This document shows positions 42,843 to 53,176 of a DNA stretch of 64,000 nucleotides, in pieces; the stretch's first letter is position 1, and every line of letters starts with the position of its first letter. The position numbers and the translations under genes were made by a program. The stretch is from an uncultured Gammaproteobacteria bacterium (GTDB lineage Bacteria > Pseudomonadota > Gammaproteobacteria > CAZYYU01). The stretch is from positions 83,031-147,030 of the forward strand of contig CAZYYU010000005.1 in NCBI GenBank assembly GCA_964651735.1. The letters run 5' to 3'. The notes under the pieces were generated by a model. It saw only the letters and a list, made by a program, of their open reading frames with translations. It made no database searches and had not been told where the DNA came from.

Positions 42843-43895
42843 ATGCTTGAAAGGATCGAGCGCAAAAAATCAAGAATCGCGCTGAATAAATTAGAATTTC
42901 AAGATCATATTCAAATACAGGGTGTATTATTTATATTGAAACTCTTTCAATATGAAAAATTTAGCACTCTATTAGGTGTCTCGAAAAAAATCTATAAAAT
43001 AAAAGGCCTTGAGCGATTTATCGATGAACATCGTTGTCGTCACCATGTGGATGTGATTCTCGATTATCTCGATCGTAGAGGATTTTTTGATAGATTGAAT
43101 GGTAATGCGCATTCCAAATTATTACTTCCTATTCGCCAACAATTTATTACCCGTCTTATCGAAAAAATGGAAGAATTTATCGAAAATAATGAAGATGTTT
43201 TTAACGATGAAATATTCAATGATCATCAATGTGAAATTGTGCATATCTCTCATATCTTACGACATAAACAGGTAGAAGATATTCCAAAAGCTGTAGAAGT
43301 TTCCGGTGTTCGAGATCAAGAAAGGCTATCAACATATATTGAAGAAAATTTTGAAGCATTAAGACGCTTATGTGTGGTTGAATATAATAGCACCATATCC
43401 ATTATGGATTCTCGTGATCGGTTTTTTGATGTTAAACAAGAACTATCAGACAAAAATTTTTTCGATAAGAATTTAGTTTTAGAATCAACATTTGTTTTAA
43501 ATGGTATGGATTTTTTTATCTCTCCTGAATTTATTGCGGGTTTAATTACCTCTCTGTACGGCTTGCTTGCTGCAGCTTTGATTGCAACGGCATTAAGTTT
43601 ATTGACACTCGCTGGAATGGCATTAGCTGTGGCCAGTTTAGTTTGTACTGCTGTATTTTGTATTTTCATACCCACGGTGATGGGAAGTGCAATTACTACC
43701 TTTGTGGAATGGATCTATGATGAAATTAAAGACAAGCTTGAGGAGAGTATGCGAGAAAATAGTGAGGATTATGACAGCAATCTCACGAGCGCAGGTTTTC
43801 ATGCTGTTAAAGCTATTGAAAAAGAAATTGAGTCTGATGATGATGATTTTGACATATCCTATGAAAATAGCCTTTCACGGAGTAGCTCAACTTAG
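42843..43895 (+). CDS. Hypothetical protein with C-proximal bilobed hydrophobic domain and acidic tail (candidate translocated membrane effector)
   Basis: 350 aa. About 70 hydrophobic residues: FIAGLITSLYGLLAAALIATALSLLTLAGMALAVASLVCTAVFCIFIPTVMGSAITTFV. Tail is EKEIESDDDDFDISYENSLSRSSST. No family recognised. Confidence 0.5.
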   Translation: MLERIERKKSRIALNKLEFQDHIQIQGVLFILKLFQYEKFSTLLGVSKKIYKIKGLERFIDEHRCRHHVDVILDYLDRRGFFDRLNGNAHSKLLLPIRQQFITRLIEKMEEFIENNEDVFNDEIFNDHQCEIVHISHILRHKQVEDIPKAVEVSGVRDQERLSTYIEENFEALRRLCVVEYNSTISIMDSRDRFFDVKQELSDKNFFDKNLVLESTFVLNGMDFFISPEFIAGLITSLYGLLAAALIATALSLLTLAGMALAVASLVCTAVFCIFIPTVMGSAITTFVEWIYDEIKDKLEESMRENSEDYDSNLTSAGFHAVKAIEKEIESDDDDFDISYENSLSRSSST

Positions 43896-43918
43896 GCTAT
43901 AATTCAGCTTAGTTACTA

Positions 43919-44842
43919 TTGGAAGAATCAAACTTGAAAATCGCAATACTATCTCGTAAAGAAGGGCTTTATTCCACTCGCCGTCTCAAAGAAGCTGCAG
44001 AAGCCAGGGGCCATGAGGTTTTGGTCATTGATTATCTGCGCTGCTATATGAACATAAATTCAGATTTGTCGAATGTACATTTAAATGGTGAAGTATTGCA
44101 AGATTTTGATGCAATTATACCAAGAATTGGCGCAAAAAGAACATTTTATGGTACTTCTGTAGTGCGCCAGTTTGAAATGCGTGGGACATTCAGTATCAAC
44201 CCCTCTATCGCTATTACCCGTTCTAGGGATAAATTAAGGTCTTTACAACTGCTTTCCAGAAAGGGTATTGCCATGCCTATCACTGGCTTTGCAAGTTCTC
44301 CCAATGATCTTAATGATTTGATTAAAATGGTCGGGGGTACACCAATGGTCATCAAACTCATTGAAGGCACTCAAGGGACTGGTGTACTGCTGGCGGAAAC
44401 CCGGAAAGCTGCACATAGCGTGATGCAAGCTCTTATGGGCTTAAATGCTAATATAATTGTTCAAGAATTTATTAAAGAATCATCAGGAACGGATATTCGT
44501 TGTTTTGTTATTGGTGATAAAGTGGTGGCATCCATGCGAAGGCGAGCAGATGTTCAGGGTGAGTTTCGTTCTAACATTCATCAGGGCGGGGTGGGCGAGC
44601 CAGTAGAAATCACCAAAGCCGAGCGTAAAGTTGCCATACAAGCGGCCAAAGTGATGGGGCTTAAAATGGCTGGAGTAGATATATTACAATCCAAGCGTGG
44701 TCCACTCATCATGGAGGTAAATTCTTCTCCAGGTCTGGAAGGCATTGAAAGCACTACGCAAATTGATATAGCGACTAAGGTTATTAAATATATTGAAAAG
44801 CATGCAAAACCCATCAGTCCAAAAGATCATTATGAGGGATAG
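43919..44842 (+). CDS. rimK: Ribosomal protein S6--L-glutamate ligase (ATP-grasp)
   Basis: [28 protein letters not shown] is colinear with E. coli RimK. The exact start is uncertain (TTG 43919 or TTG 43934). Confidence 0.88.
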   Translation: MEESNLKIAILSRKEGLYSTRRLKEAAEARGHEVLVIDYLRCYMNINSDLSNVHLNGEVLQDFDAIIPRIGAKRTFYGTSVVRQFEMRGTFSINPSIAITRSRDKLRSLQLLSRKGIAMPITGFASSPNDLNDLIKMVGGTPMVIKLIEGTQGTGVLLAETRKAAHSVMQALMGLNANIIVQEFIKESSGTDIRCFVIGDKVVASMRRRADVQGEFRSNIHQGGVGEPVEITKAERKVAIQAAKVMGLKMAGVDILQSKRGPLIMEVNSSPGLEGIESTTQIDIATKVIKYIEKHAKPISPKDHYEG

Positions 44843-45305
44843 TACAAAAAACAAACTGATTGTCGGTTGGAATGAATGGTGTACTTTACCTGATTTGGGT
44901 ATTCCACAAATTAAGGCAAAAATTGATACTGGCGCTAAAACTTCAGCATTACATGCTTTTGATATTCACGAAGATCATACTGGAAATAACGTTATTTTCT
45001 CAATCCATCCCCTCCAAGGCGATAAAAAAATCACTATAAAATGTCATGCACCTATCGTAGATGTCAGGCATATCATGAGTTCAAATGGTCATAATGAATT
45101 GCGCTATGTCATCATGACAACCTTGACCATTGGCTCAAGTTCATGGGAAATCGAAATGACCTTGTCCAACCGTGACCCCTTAAAATACCGCATGTTATTA
45201 GGCAGAAAAGCCTTAGTAAAACATGTCATCGTAGATCCAAGCCGCTCCTTATGCTTGGGTAAAATAAAAAAAAGCAGTATCTATACACAGTATCTACACG
45301 ATTAA
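44832..45305 (+). CDS. RimK-associated retropepsin-like / ATP-dependent zinc protease family (DUF785) protein
   Basis: [34 protein letters not shown] is the family N-terminal signature (DTGA). Overlaps the rimK stop. Confidence 0.75.
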   Translation: MRDSTKNKLIVGWNEWCTLPDLGIPQIKAKIDTGAKTSALHAFDIHEDHTGNNVIFSIHPLQGDKKITIKCHAPIVDVRHIMSSNGHNELRYVIMTTLTIGSSSWEIEMTLSNRDPLKYRMLLGRKALVKHVIVDPSRSLCLGKIKKSSIYTQYLHD

Positions 45306-45370
45306 CGGGTCAGAAGCTTGCTGTTACACCCAGTTCTAGCTAAACTTTCCTCTCTATTAGTGAGGTTAGG

Positions 45371-45577
45371 ATGAGAGAAACAGAGCGCGCCTGTATGATG
45401 CAACGTTATAACGTAAGCCATAAGGATTTACCCTTGTCATGTCCAATGCCAAAAATGCGCATTTGGGATGCACATCCGCGTGTCTATCTTCCCATTGAAG
45501 AAACTGGAAAAGCTGAGTGCCCTTATTGTGGTGCTGAGTATTTTTTAAGTGATTTTAAACCAAGCAAAGTGGAATAA
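45371..45577 (+). CDS. Small zinc-finger (zf-CHCC-like) protein
   Basis: 68 aa. LSCPMP...HPRVYLPIEETGKAECPYCGAEYFL. Confidence 0.6.
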   Translation: MRETERACMMQRYNVSHKDLPLSCPMPKMRIWDAHPRVYLPIEETGKAECPYCGAEYFLSDFKPSKVE

Positions 45578-45578
45578 G

Positions 45579-46592
45579 ATGTCTGATTTTAAAATACTTG
45601 TGATAAGTCCTGGCTGGATTGGCGACACAATAATGTCGCAAAGCTTATTGAAAATAATTAAGCATCGTCATCCAGAGGCCATTATTGATGCAGTTTCACC
45701 GAGTTGGTGCGCGGACGTCTTGTCTCGTATGCCAGAAATTAATCGCGTCATTATTTCTCCTTTTAAGCGTGGGCAATTTCAACTGGGTGATCGATACCGT
45801 TTGGGCAAAGAATTGCGTAAAAATGGGTATCAACAGGCTTATATTTTAGCCAACTCGTTTAAGTCTGCTTTAGTTCCTTTTTTTGCAAAGATTCCTAGAC
45901 GTATCGGATGGCTTGGGGAAATGCGTTATGGATTATTGAATGATGCGCGAAAATTAGATCCTAAAAAAATTCCTTTAATGGTCGATCGTTATAGAGCTTT
46001 AGCTATTACTGAATCTGAAAAATTACCCGCAGAAAAATTTTTTCCACAATTAGTCACCACCGATGAACGTGTGCGCGCAGCATTAGCAAAATTAGCCATG
46101 CCATATCCTGAGAAACCCATCATTGGTTTTTGTCCGGGTGCTGAATTTGGTGGATCTAAACGCTGGCCTACTCAATATTTTGCAGAAATTGCAAAATCTT
46201 ATCACGCAATGGATTGGGATATCTGGATTTTTGGAGGTCCCAAAGATCGTCCGATTGCAAATGAAATACAAGCCGCTTCTGGAAATGTTTGCGTAGATTT
46301 AAGCGGAAAAACCAGTTTATCCGAAGCCATTGATTTGTTATCGATCACAAAGAAAGTATTAACGAATGATACGGGTTTAATGCATATTGCAGCCGCCCTA
46401 GATAAACCGATGATCGTAATTTATGGATCTTCATCCCCCACTTTTACTCCTCCCTTATCCGATAAAGCAAAAATTGAATGGTTAAAAGTGGAATGTGCAC
46501 CTTGTTTTAAACGAGAATGTCCTTTAGGGCATTTTAAATGCATGAACACCTTGTATCCGGAGAAAATATTAGAGAGTTTAGAAAGCTTATGA
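45579..46592 (+). CDS. waaF: ADP-heptose--LPS heptosyltransferase II
   Basis: MSDFKILVISPGWIGDTIMSQSL..., ANSFKSALVPFFAKIPRRIGWLGEMRYGLLND is colinear with E. coli RfaF. Start placed at ATG 45579. Confidence 0.88.
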   Translation: MSDFKILVISPGWIGDTIMSQSLLKIIKHRHPEAIIDAVSPSWCADVLSRMPEINRVIISPFKRGQFQLGDRYRLGKELRKNGYQQAYILANSFKSALVPFFAKIPRRIGWLGEMRYGLLNDARKLDPKKIPLMVDRYRALAITESEKLPAEKFFPQLVTTDERVRAALAKLAMPYPEKPIIGFCPGAEFGGSKRWPTQYFAEIAKSYHAMDWDIWIFGGPKDRPIANEIQAASGNVCVDLSGKTSLSEAIDLLSITKKVLTNDTGLMHIAAALDKPMIVIYGSSSPTFTPPLSDKAKIEWLKVECAPCFKRECPLGHFKCMNTLYPEKILESLESL

Positions 46593-47614
46593 GAATATTG
46601 ATCATCAAAACCTCTTCTTTAGGTGATGTGATACATACCTTACCAGCATTAACTGAACTTAGGCATCAGACTGCATTTAAAGCACATTGGGTGGTTGAGA
46701 AAAATTTTTCAGAAGTGTTAACCTGGCATCCCTATGTGAAAAGAATAATACCGGTAGAACTCAGAAAATGGAGAAAAAATCCTTTTTCACTCAACACCAT
46801 TCGAGAATGGCGAGCCTTTAAAAAATCCCTAAATGAGTATGAGTATGACATTATTATCGATGCTCAGGGGCTAATGAAAAGTGCGTTTTTAACCTTTCAA
46901 GCGGTTTGCTTGGAAAAATATGGGTTGGATTGGCATTCTGCATGGGAGCCACTCGCGAGCTTATGTTATAACAATACGGTTTCAGTAGATCCTTCTTTAC
47001 ATGCGGTAACACGCATGCGTCATTTATTTGCTAAAGTGTTTGAATATAAACCCGCTGATGTTTGGTTGAACTATGGTATTGATCGAGAAAAATTAATCAG
47101 CGCTTATGAGCCAAGTAAAAAAGAATATGTCGTTTTATGTCACGGAACAACGTGGACCACAAAAGAATGGCCAGAAACTTATTGGTATGAATTAGCGAAT
47201 CTTATTGCAGCACAAGGTTTGGGGGTTTTAATACCTTTTGGAAATAAAAGAGAAGAAGAGCGTGCTCAAAGAATCATGAGTCATTGTGTGAGTGCAGAAG
47301 TATTACCAAAAATGTCATTAACAAGTATTGCAGGGATTATCAGCAAAGCCAAAGGTATTGTGGCTGTGGATACAGGATTGGGACATCTTTCAGCAGCATT
47401 GGGTATTCCATGTGTGTCATTGTATGGTCCTACTGATCCGGTGCTTACGGGTGCTGTGGGTTTAGCTCAAGAACATATCATTGAACGAATGGTGTGTTCA
47501 CCTTGTTTAAAAGAAAGCTGTCATTATAAGGGTCCAACGACTGTGTTTCCTGCCTGTTTTGAAAAAATTACACCACAACGTGTTTTAAAACAATTGCAGG
47601 GATTAATTTCGTGA
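46589..47614 (+). CDS. waaC: ADP-heptose--LPS heptosyltransferase I
   Basis: MRILIIKTSSLGDVIHTLPAL..., IIDAQGLMKSA, EVLPKMSL and VDTGLGHLSAALGIP are colinear with E. coli RfaC. The ATG overlaps the waaF stop. Confidence 0.88.
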   Translation: MRILIIKTSSLGDVIHTLPALTELRHQTAFKAHWVVEKNFSEVLTWHPYVKRIIPVELRKWRKNPFSLNTIREWRAFKKSLNEYEYDIIIDAQGLMKSAFLTFQAVCLEKYGLDWHSAWEPLASLCYNNTVSVDPSLHAVTRMRHLFAKVFEYKPADVWLNYGIDREKLISAYEPSKKEYVVLCHGTTWTTKEWPETYWYELANLIAAQGLGVLIPFGNKREEERAQRIMSHCVSAEVLPKMSLTSIAGIISKAKGIVAVDTGLGHLSAALGIPCVSLYGPTDPVLTGAVGLAQEHIIERMVCSPCLKESCHYKGPTTVFPACFEKITPQRVLKQLQGLIS

Positions 47615-48459
47615 GTCAATCATCAACTCAGATTTCCATTATTATTACTACCTATAATCGACCTGAAGCCTTAAATCAGGTTCTTTCTCATCTTAGCAGA
47701 CAGTCAGATAATAAATTCGATATTGTTGTTGCTGATGATGGTTCCGATCCAAGCACCTTAAATGTCATTAAACAATTTTCAGATAGTTTGTTAATTGATC
47801 ATGTTTGGCAAGAAAATCGAGGTTTTAGAGCCAGTATGATCAGAAATAAAGCGGTGGCAAAAGCACGCGGTAATTATTTAATTTTTCTTGATGGAGATTG
47901 TGTACCGCTCACTCATTTTGTAAAAAATCATCGTCTCTTAGCTGAGAAAGGGTGGTTAGTATCAGGTAATCGGATTTTGCTCTCAAATATTTTTACTCGA
48001 GAAATCGAAAAAAAAGAGATATTTTTTGATCAATGGACTGTGTTGAATTGGATATTTGCAAGATGTACTCGAAAATGTAACAGAATTCTGCCTATTTTTT
48101 CAATTCCTTTTGGAATATTACGTAAAATTAAATTTAAATCTTGGGCAGGTGCTAAGACTTGTAATTTGGCCATGTGGAAGTCTGATTTTCTTGAGGTCAA
48201 TGGTTTTGATGAGGCTTATCAAGGTTGGGGTTTTGAGGATTCTGATTTAGTCATTAGACTAATTCGAAAGGGAGTATATCGTAAAAATGCACGATTTTCA
48301 GTTCCTGTGGTACATCTTTGGCACCCCGCCAGTGATCGACAAAATTGGGATGAAAATTTGAAACGATTGAGAGAAATTCAAAATAGTAAAGAAGTCATTG
48401 CGAAGCTTGGGGTTGATCAATATGCGAGTCGGAATAATACATCACCAGTATGCTCATAA
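47611..48459 (+). CDS. Family-2 glycosyltransferase
   Basis: ISIIITTYNRPEALNQVL, VVADDGSD, LDGDC and FDEAYQGWGFEDSDL. Confidence 0.8.
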   Translation: MSQSSTQISIIITTYNRPEALNQVLSHLSRQSDNKFDIVVADDGSDPSTLNVIKQFSDSLLIDHVWQENRGFRASMIRNKAVAKARGNYLIFLDGDCVPLTHFVKNHRLLAEKGWLVSGNRILLSNIFTREIEKKEIFFDQWTVLNWIFARCTRKCNRILPIFSIPFGILRKIKFKSWAGAKTCNLAMWKSDFLEVNGFDEAYQGWGFEDSDLVIRLIRKGVYRKNARFSVPVVHLWHPASDRQNWDENLKRLREIQNSKEVIAKLGVDQYASRNNTSPVCS

Positions 48460-49459
48460 AGGTGGAATGGAGCGATATATCTCTGATCTAATCCACGATT
48501 TTGGTCATCGAGGAGACACTGTTGATTTATTTGTCTATAAGCAGGATGTTGATTTATTAGTGCCACCACATTGTAATGTACATAAAAAAAACCTGAAATG
48601 GTTACCCAGAAAATTTCAAAAATATTATTTTGCACATTCAATTGCTAAAAAGAAATTAGAAGTTGATTTAATGATAAGCACTATGCGGAGTTTTTCTCAA
48701 GATATTAATATTTGTGGGGGGACGCACCCAGGTTACCTGGAATTTACTGGAAAAAAAGCTCGGCTGTTTGACCGGTTGGAAATTGCTGCCGAACGTAAAG
48801 GATTTTTACAATCTAAGATTATTGTCGCACATTCCAATTTAATTCGGGATGAAATTATACGTTATTATGATATTCCCAAGGAAAAAATTGTACGTTTATT
48901 TCCACCAGTGAATTCTGAGAAATTTAATTTCAGTTTTCGAAAATCACGCGCTGATACTCAGGGAAAATATCAAATAAATCCTAAGAAATGCACCTTGTTA
49001 TTTCCTTCTACTGGGCATCGTCGCAAAGGGTTGTATGAATTACTAGCAGCCTTTAAAAGCTTATCCAAGGACTATGAATTACTCATTGCAGGTACTTATA
49101 CTCCAGAAGCAAAATTACTGCCTAATGTAAGATCTCTAGGATTTGTAGAAAATATGGCAGAATTATATTCCGCGGTCGATGGTGTAATTTTACCATCGCA
49201 TTATGAACCCTTTGGTTTGGTTGTCACTGAAGCACTGGCTTGTGGAACTCCAGTTATCATTTCAGAATTTGTTGGGGCAAAAGATGTGCTCGATGAAAAA
49301 TCCGGAATAATATTGCCAGATATATCTCCGGAAGGAATTAAGAAGGCTATAGAATCTTTCCAAGCAAAAGAATTTGTGATAGAACCAGGATTTATTTCCA
49401 AGTATAATCTTGGTTTATCAAAGCATGTTGATCAGTTGGCGAGTTTAAAGGGAGAGTAA
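48422..49459 (+). CDS. Family-1/4 (RfaG-like) glycosyltransferase
   Basis: MRVGIIHHQYAHKGGMERY... and the C-terminal EPFGLVVTEALACGTPVI motif. Start placed at ATG 48422. Confidence 0.8.
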   Translation: MRVGIIHHQYAHKGGMERYISDLIHDFGHRGDTVDLFVYKQDVDLLVPPHCNVHKKNLKWLPRKFQKYYFAHSIAKKKLEVDLMISTMRSFSQDINICGGTHPGYLEFTGKKARLFDRLEIAAERKGFLQSKIIVAHSNLIRDEIIRYYDIPKEKIVRLFPPVNSEKFNFSFRKSRADTQGKYQINPKKCTLLFPSTGHRRKGLYELLAAFKSLSKDYELLIAGTYTPEAKLLPNVRSLGFVENMAELYSAVDGVILPSHYEPFGLVVTEALACGTPVIISEFVGAKDVLDEKSGIILPDISPEGIKKAIESFQAKEFVIEPGFISKYNLGLSKHVDQLASLKGE

Positions 49460-49463
49460 GACA

Positions 49464-49955
49464 ATGGCTACGGGTAATTTTAAAGAAAAAATGTCCAAAA
49501 AAAATCGGTTATTTCAAAAAATAATCCTGGTTGCTTTGGTAGCTTTGGTTTCAGTTCCAATTATGTGGTTTATGGCAGTTAAACTTGGGCATGCTGACTA
49601 TACCCCAAAACAGATCATCATTAATATGGTATTGGCTTATTCTACGATTGGATTACAACTTTATGGAATACGAATTTTAATCAAGCTTATTAAAAATTAC
49701 TCTAAACAAAATTATTGGTTATCTGAAGAGAATCTCAAGTTATATCAACGTCTGGGTGCTGTGATTTTTAGCTATATCATTGTTCAATATGTGGTGCAAT
49801 TGATTAGTGTCATAGTGAATGCTGATAAATTTAAGCCTCATGAACCAGTCACTTTTTTTCATGTTGATACTATAACAATATTATTGTTAGGTGCATTTTT
49901 ATATATAGGTTCACGATGTAGACTTAGGTTTCTTGGGAGGAGTCAACAATCCTAA
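49464..49955 (+). CDS. Hypothetical integral membrane protein (4 predicted helices)
   Basis: 163 aa with four hydrophobic stretches. Embedded in the LPS-core cluster. No family recognised. Confidence 0.5.
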   Translation: MATGNFKEKMSKKNRLFQKIILVALVALVSVPIMWFMAVKLGHADYTPKQIIINMVLAYSTIGLQLYGIRILIKLIKNYSKQNYWLSEENLKLYQRLGAVIFSYIIVQYVVQLISVIVNADKFKPHEPVTFFHVDTITILLLGAFLYIGSRCRLRFLGRSQQS

Positions 49956-50672
49956 TTTAATATATTTATAATAAGTTCCTTCAGCGTTTGAAAGGGCCAA
50001 CATAAATCCATGAAAGCCATCTAAAAATCCAAATCGTAATCCAAAACCTCGACCAAAAGTCCAGCCAGCGTGAATTAATGCCCGTATCAGTCCGCCTTTT
50101 TTTCCTTCCTTGAGTTTTACTTTTGCACCTAAGGTGGAATAAAAATTCATTTTATGCAGTACTTGTTCAAAATTTGTGAAGGCATTATGTAACATCGGTG
50201 CTTTTAAATCCGCTGTTAAACCATCAAAGATCAGTTTTTCATGGACCAGGTCATCTGAAAATTTTCCTTTGCTGCGTTTAAACAGTCGAGTCGATTTTTC
50301 ATTTCTCCAATCACCCCATTTGATGACCTTGCCACAATAGCTAGAATTTCGACGGATATTGTAGGCGTCTTGATCAAGATTCGCTGTGACAACCGTTTGT
50401 ATTTCTTTTTGCAATTCAGGACTTAACACCTCATCAGCATCCATAGAGAGGACCCAATCACCCTTTGCAATAGCCAATGCTCGATTTTTTTGAGCTCCAA
50501 AGCCAGGGAAGTTAGTGACCGTGATTTGATCCGTATATTCTTTGCAAATTTCTACCGTCTTATCGGTGCTACCTGAGTCAACGACGATAATTTCGTCTGC
50601 CCATTTAACGGATTCTAAGCAATTTCGTATGTTTGCTTCTTCATTTTTAGTAATGATAATGACCGATAGCAT
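49911..50672 (-). CDS. Family-2 glycosyltransferase (WaaE/KdtX-like LPS core)
   Basis: MLSVIIITKNEEANIRNCLESVKWADEIIVVDSGSTDKT and DADE. Start at 50672 is preceded by GGAGG. Confidence 0.8.
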   Translation of the reverse strand: MLSVIIITKNEEANIRNCLESVKWADEIIVVDSGSTDKTVEICKEYTDQITVTNFPGFGAQKNRALAIAKGDWVLSMDADEVLSPELQKEIQTVVTANLDQDAYNIRRNSSYCGKVIKWGDWRNEKSTRLFKRSKGKFSDDLVHEKLIFDGLTADLKAPMLHNAFTNFEQVLHKMNFYSTLGAKVKLKEGKKGGLIRALIHAGWTFGRGFGLRFGFLDGFHGFMLALSNAEGTYYKYIKLGLLTPPKKPKSTS

Positions 50673-50737
50673 GTGTACCTCCGTTTTATAAGGTGATAGC
50701 ATAGCTTTCACTCATAATTTTGACAACAAGGCAGAAC

Positions 50738-52183
50738 ATGACATTTTCAATACCCGATTTCCGCCCAATTAAAGTAACTGTCATTGGCGATGTAATGCTA
50801 GATCGTTACTGGCATGGTGCAACAAACAGAATTTCCCCGGAAGCTCCCGTTCCTGTTGTACATATACAAGATATAGAAGAGCGCCCAGGTGGGGCAGGTA
50901 ATGTGGCTTTAAACTTAAGAGTCTTAGGATGTCAGACACAATTGTTCGGACTGGTTGGTAGCGATTTGTCAGGTGAGACCTTAAATGAGCAATTGAAAAA
51001 AGCCGATATACATACTTTCTTACAACGTGTTATAGGGATGCCTACCATCACGAAACTCCGAGTATTAGGGCGTAACCAACAATTAATTCGATGCGATTTT
51101 GAACAAAATTTTCATCATGTGGATCCCAGCAAATTAATTTCTGATATTAAAGAAAATATTGCAGGCTCACATGTCATGTTGATCTCGGATTACAATAAGG
51201 GAGTAACGCATTCCATTCGTGAATTTATCAATATTGGGCGCGCACAAGGTATTCCAATTCTCATCGATCCTAAAAGTTCGGATTTTAGTGTTTATCGTGG
51301 TGCAACATTACTCACACCCAATCAAAAAGAATTTGAAGCGGTGGTAGGGGTTTGTTCGGATGATGAAACTCTGGTTGATCGCGGATTCAAATTAATAGAA
51401 AAAGAAAGCATAGACGCTGTACTAGTTACACGTGGTGAACGTGGAATGACCTTAATACAACAAGGCAAAGAAGCCGTACATTTTAAAGCCTATACCAAAG
51501 AAGTTTATGATGTGACGGGTGCTGGGGATACTGTCATTGCTACGATGGCAGCTGCTATTGGTGCTAACATGGATTTAAACGATGCGGCGATGTTAGCGAA
51601 TACGGCAGCAGGAATTGCCGTTGGGCGAGTGGGTGCTGTGAGTGTCACTGTTCCAGAAATTCGGCGAACGCTTCATGGACGATTTGAATCCGGTTTTGGT
51701 GTGCTCAATGAAGACGATTTAATGATTGCTATTGCTGATGCGCGTGCGCACGGTGAAAAAATTGTCATGACAAATGGATGTTTTGATATATTACATACGG
51801 GACATGTCACTTATTTAGAACAAGCTAAAACCTTAGGAGATCGATTATTAATAGCAGTTAATACCGATGAGTCAGTGGCTAATTGGAAAGGACCCTCGCG
51901 TCCTATCGTGCCACTTGCTCAACGTATGCATGTCTTGTCTGCTTTGCGTTGTGTCGATTGGGTTGTACCTTTTTCAGAAAGTACGCCTTTACGTTTAATT
52001 CAAAAAATTCTCCCAGATGTTTTAGTAAAAGGTGGGGATTATCAAATTGACACTATTGTCGGTGCTAAAGAGGTGATGGACAATGGTGGTCAGGTAAAAA
52101 TAATTGAATTTGTTCCAGGTTGTTCGACCTCGAACATTATTGCACGTTCACAAAAAAAGAGTGATTTAGTTGAGGAGGTTTAA
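50738..52183 (+). CDS. hldE: Bifunctional D-beta-D-heptose 7-phosphate kinase / D-beta-D-heptose 1-phosphate adenylyltransferase
   Basis: VIGDVMLDRYWHG, RISPEAPVPV, GAGDTV and the C-terminal cytidylyltransferase motif TNGCFDILHTGHV. Confidence 0.9.
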   Translation: MTFSIPDFRPIKVTVIGDVMLDRYWHGATNRISPEAPVPVVHIQDIEERPGGAGNVALNLRVLGCQTQLFGLVGSDLSGETLNEQLKKADIHTFLQRVIGMPTITKLRVLGRNQQLIRCDFEQNFHHVDPSKLISDIKENIAGSHVMLISDYNKGVTHSIREFINIGRAQGIPILIDPKSSDFSVYRGATLLTPNQKEFEAVVGVCSDDETLVDRGFKLIEKESIDAVLVTRGERGMTLIQQGKEAVHFKAYTKEVYDVTGAGDTVIATMAAAIGANMDLNDAAMLANTAAGIAVGRVGAVSVTVPEIRRTLHGRFESGFGVLNEDDLMIAIADARAHGEKIVMTNGCFDILHTGHVTYLEQAKTLGDRLLIAVNTDESVANWKGPSRPIVPLAQRMHVLSALRCVDWVVPFSESTPLRLIQKILPDVLVKGGDYQIDTIVGAKEVMDNGGQVKIIEFVPGCSTSNIIARSQKKSDLVEEV

Positions 52184-52186
52184 TTT

Positions 52187-53131
52187 ATGTTTATTGTAAC
52201 TGGTGGGGCTGGTTTTATCGGCAGTAATATCGTTAGAGGTTTAAATAATCTTGGTGAGGATAATATTCTAGTCGTTGATGATTTGACGAATGGTATACAA
52301 TTTAGAAATTTAGTGGATTGCCAAATATCAGATTATCAAGATAAAGATAATTTTTTAAATGATATTATCGCTAAAAAATATTCTAATAAAAAAATCAATG
52401 CCATTTTTCATTTAGGTGCATGTTCAAGCACCACAGAGTGGAATGGAAAATTCATGATGCAAAATAACTACGAATATTCAAAAACCTTGCTTCATTTTTG
52501 TCTTGAACAACGTATTCCTTTTATTTATGCCTCGAGTGCAGCAGTTTATGGTGCTGGACAAACTTTTATTGAAGAACCGGAATTTGAAGCGCCGCTCAAT
52601 GTTTATGGCTATTCAAAATATTTGTTTGATCAGTATGTCAGGAGGCATGTCAAAAACACAGACAGCCAAGTTGTAGGTTTGAGATATTTTAATGTTTACG
52701 GTCCTGGTGAAAATCATAAAGGATCCATGTCTAGTGTGGCCTATCATTTTAATAATCAGATTAAAGAAAAAGGCAATTTAAGTTTATTTGATGGTACAGA
52801 CGGATATGGCCCCGGTGAACAGCGGCGAGATTTTGTGTATGTTAAAGATATCGTCAATGTCAATTATTGGTTTTACAATAATCAGCAAAATAGCGGTATT
52901 TTTAACGTAGGCACTGGTAGAAGCCAAAGTTTTAATGATGTTGCTAAGGCGGTTATTCATTGGCATGGAAAAGGCAGCATTAATTACATTCCATTTCCAG
53001 ATCATTTGAAGGGGTGCTATCAAAGCTTTACTGAAGCCGATTTAAGCAGGCTCAGAAATATTGGATATGATGGTGATTTTCATACGGTTGAACTAGGTGT
53101 GAAAGATTATTTAGATACCATCGCTGCATAA
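52187..53131 (+). CDS. hldD: ADP-L-glycero-D-manno-heptose 6-epimerase
   Basis: [30 protein letters not shown] and [14 protein letters not shown]. Confidence 0.9.
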   Translation: MFIVTGGAGFIGSNIVRGLNNLGEDNILVVDDLTNGIQFRNLVDCQISDYQDKDNFLNDIIAKKYSNKKINAIFHLGACSSTTEWNGKFMMQNNYEYSKTLLHFCLEQRIPFIYASSAAVYGAGQTFIEEPEFEAPLNVYGYSKYLFDQYVRRHVKNTDSQVVGLRYFNVYGPGENHKGSMSSVAYHFNNQIKEKGNLSLFDGTDGYGPGEQRRDFVYVKDIVNVNYWFYNNQQNSGIFNVGTGRSQSFNDVAKAVIHWHGKGSINYIPFPDHLKGCYQSFTEADLSRLRNIGYDGDFHTVELGVKDYLDTIAA

Positions 53132-53166
53132 AAAAAAGCCCCCTTAATGTTAAGGGGGCTTTTTTC
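53131..53166. terminator. Bidirectional intrinsic terminator between hldD and icmX
   Basis: AAAAAAA-GCCCCCTTAA-TG-TTAAGGGGGC-TTTTTT: a perfect GC-rich stem flanked by A- and T-runs, between convergent stops. Confidence 0.8.
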
Positions 53167-53176
53167 AATTAAGCTT

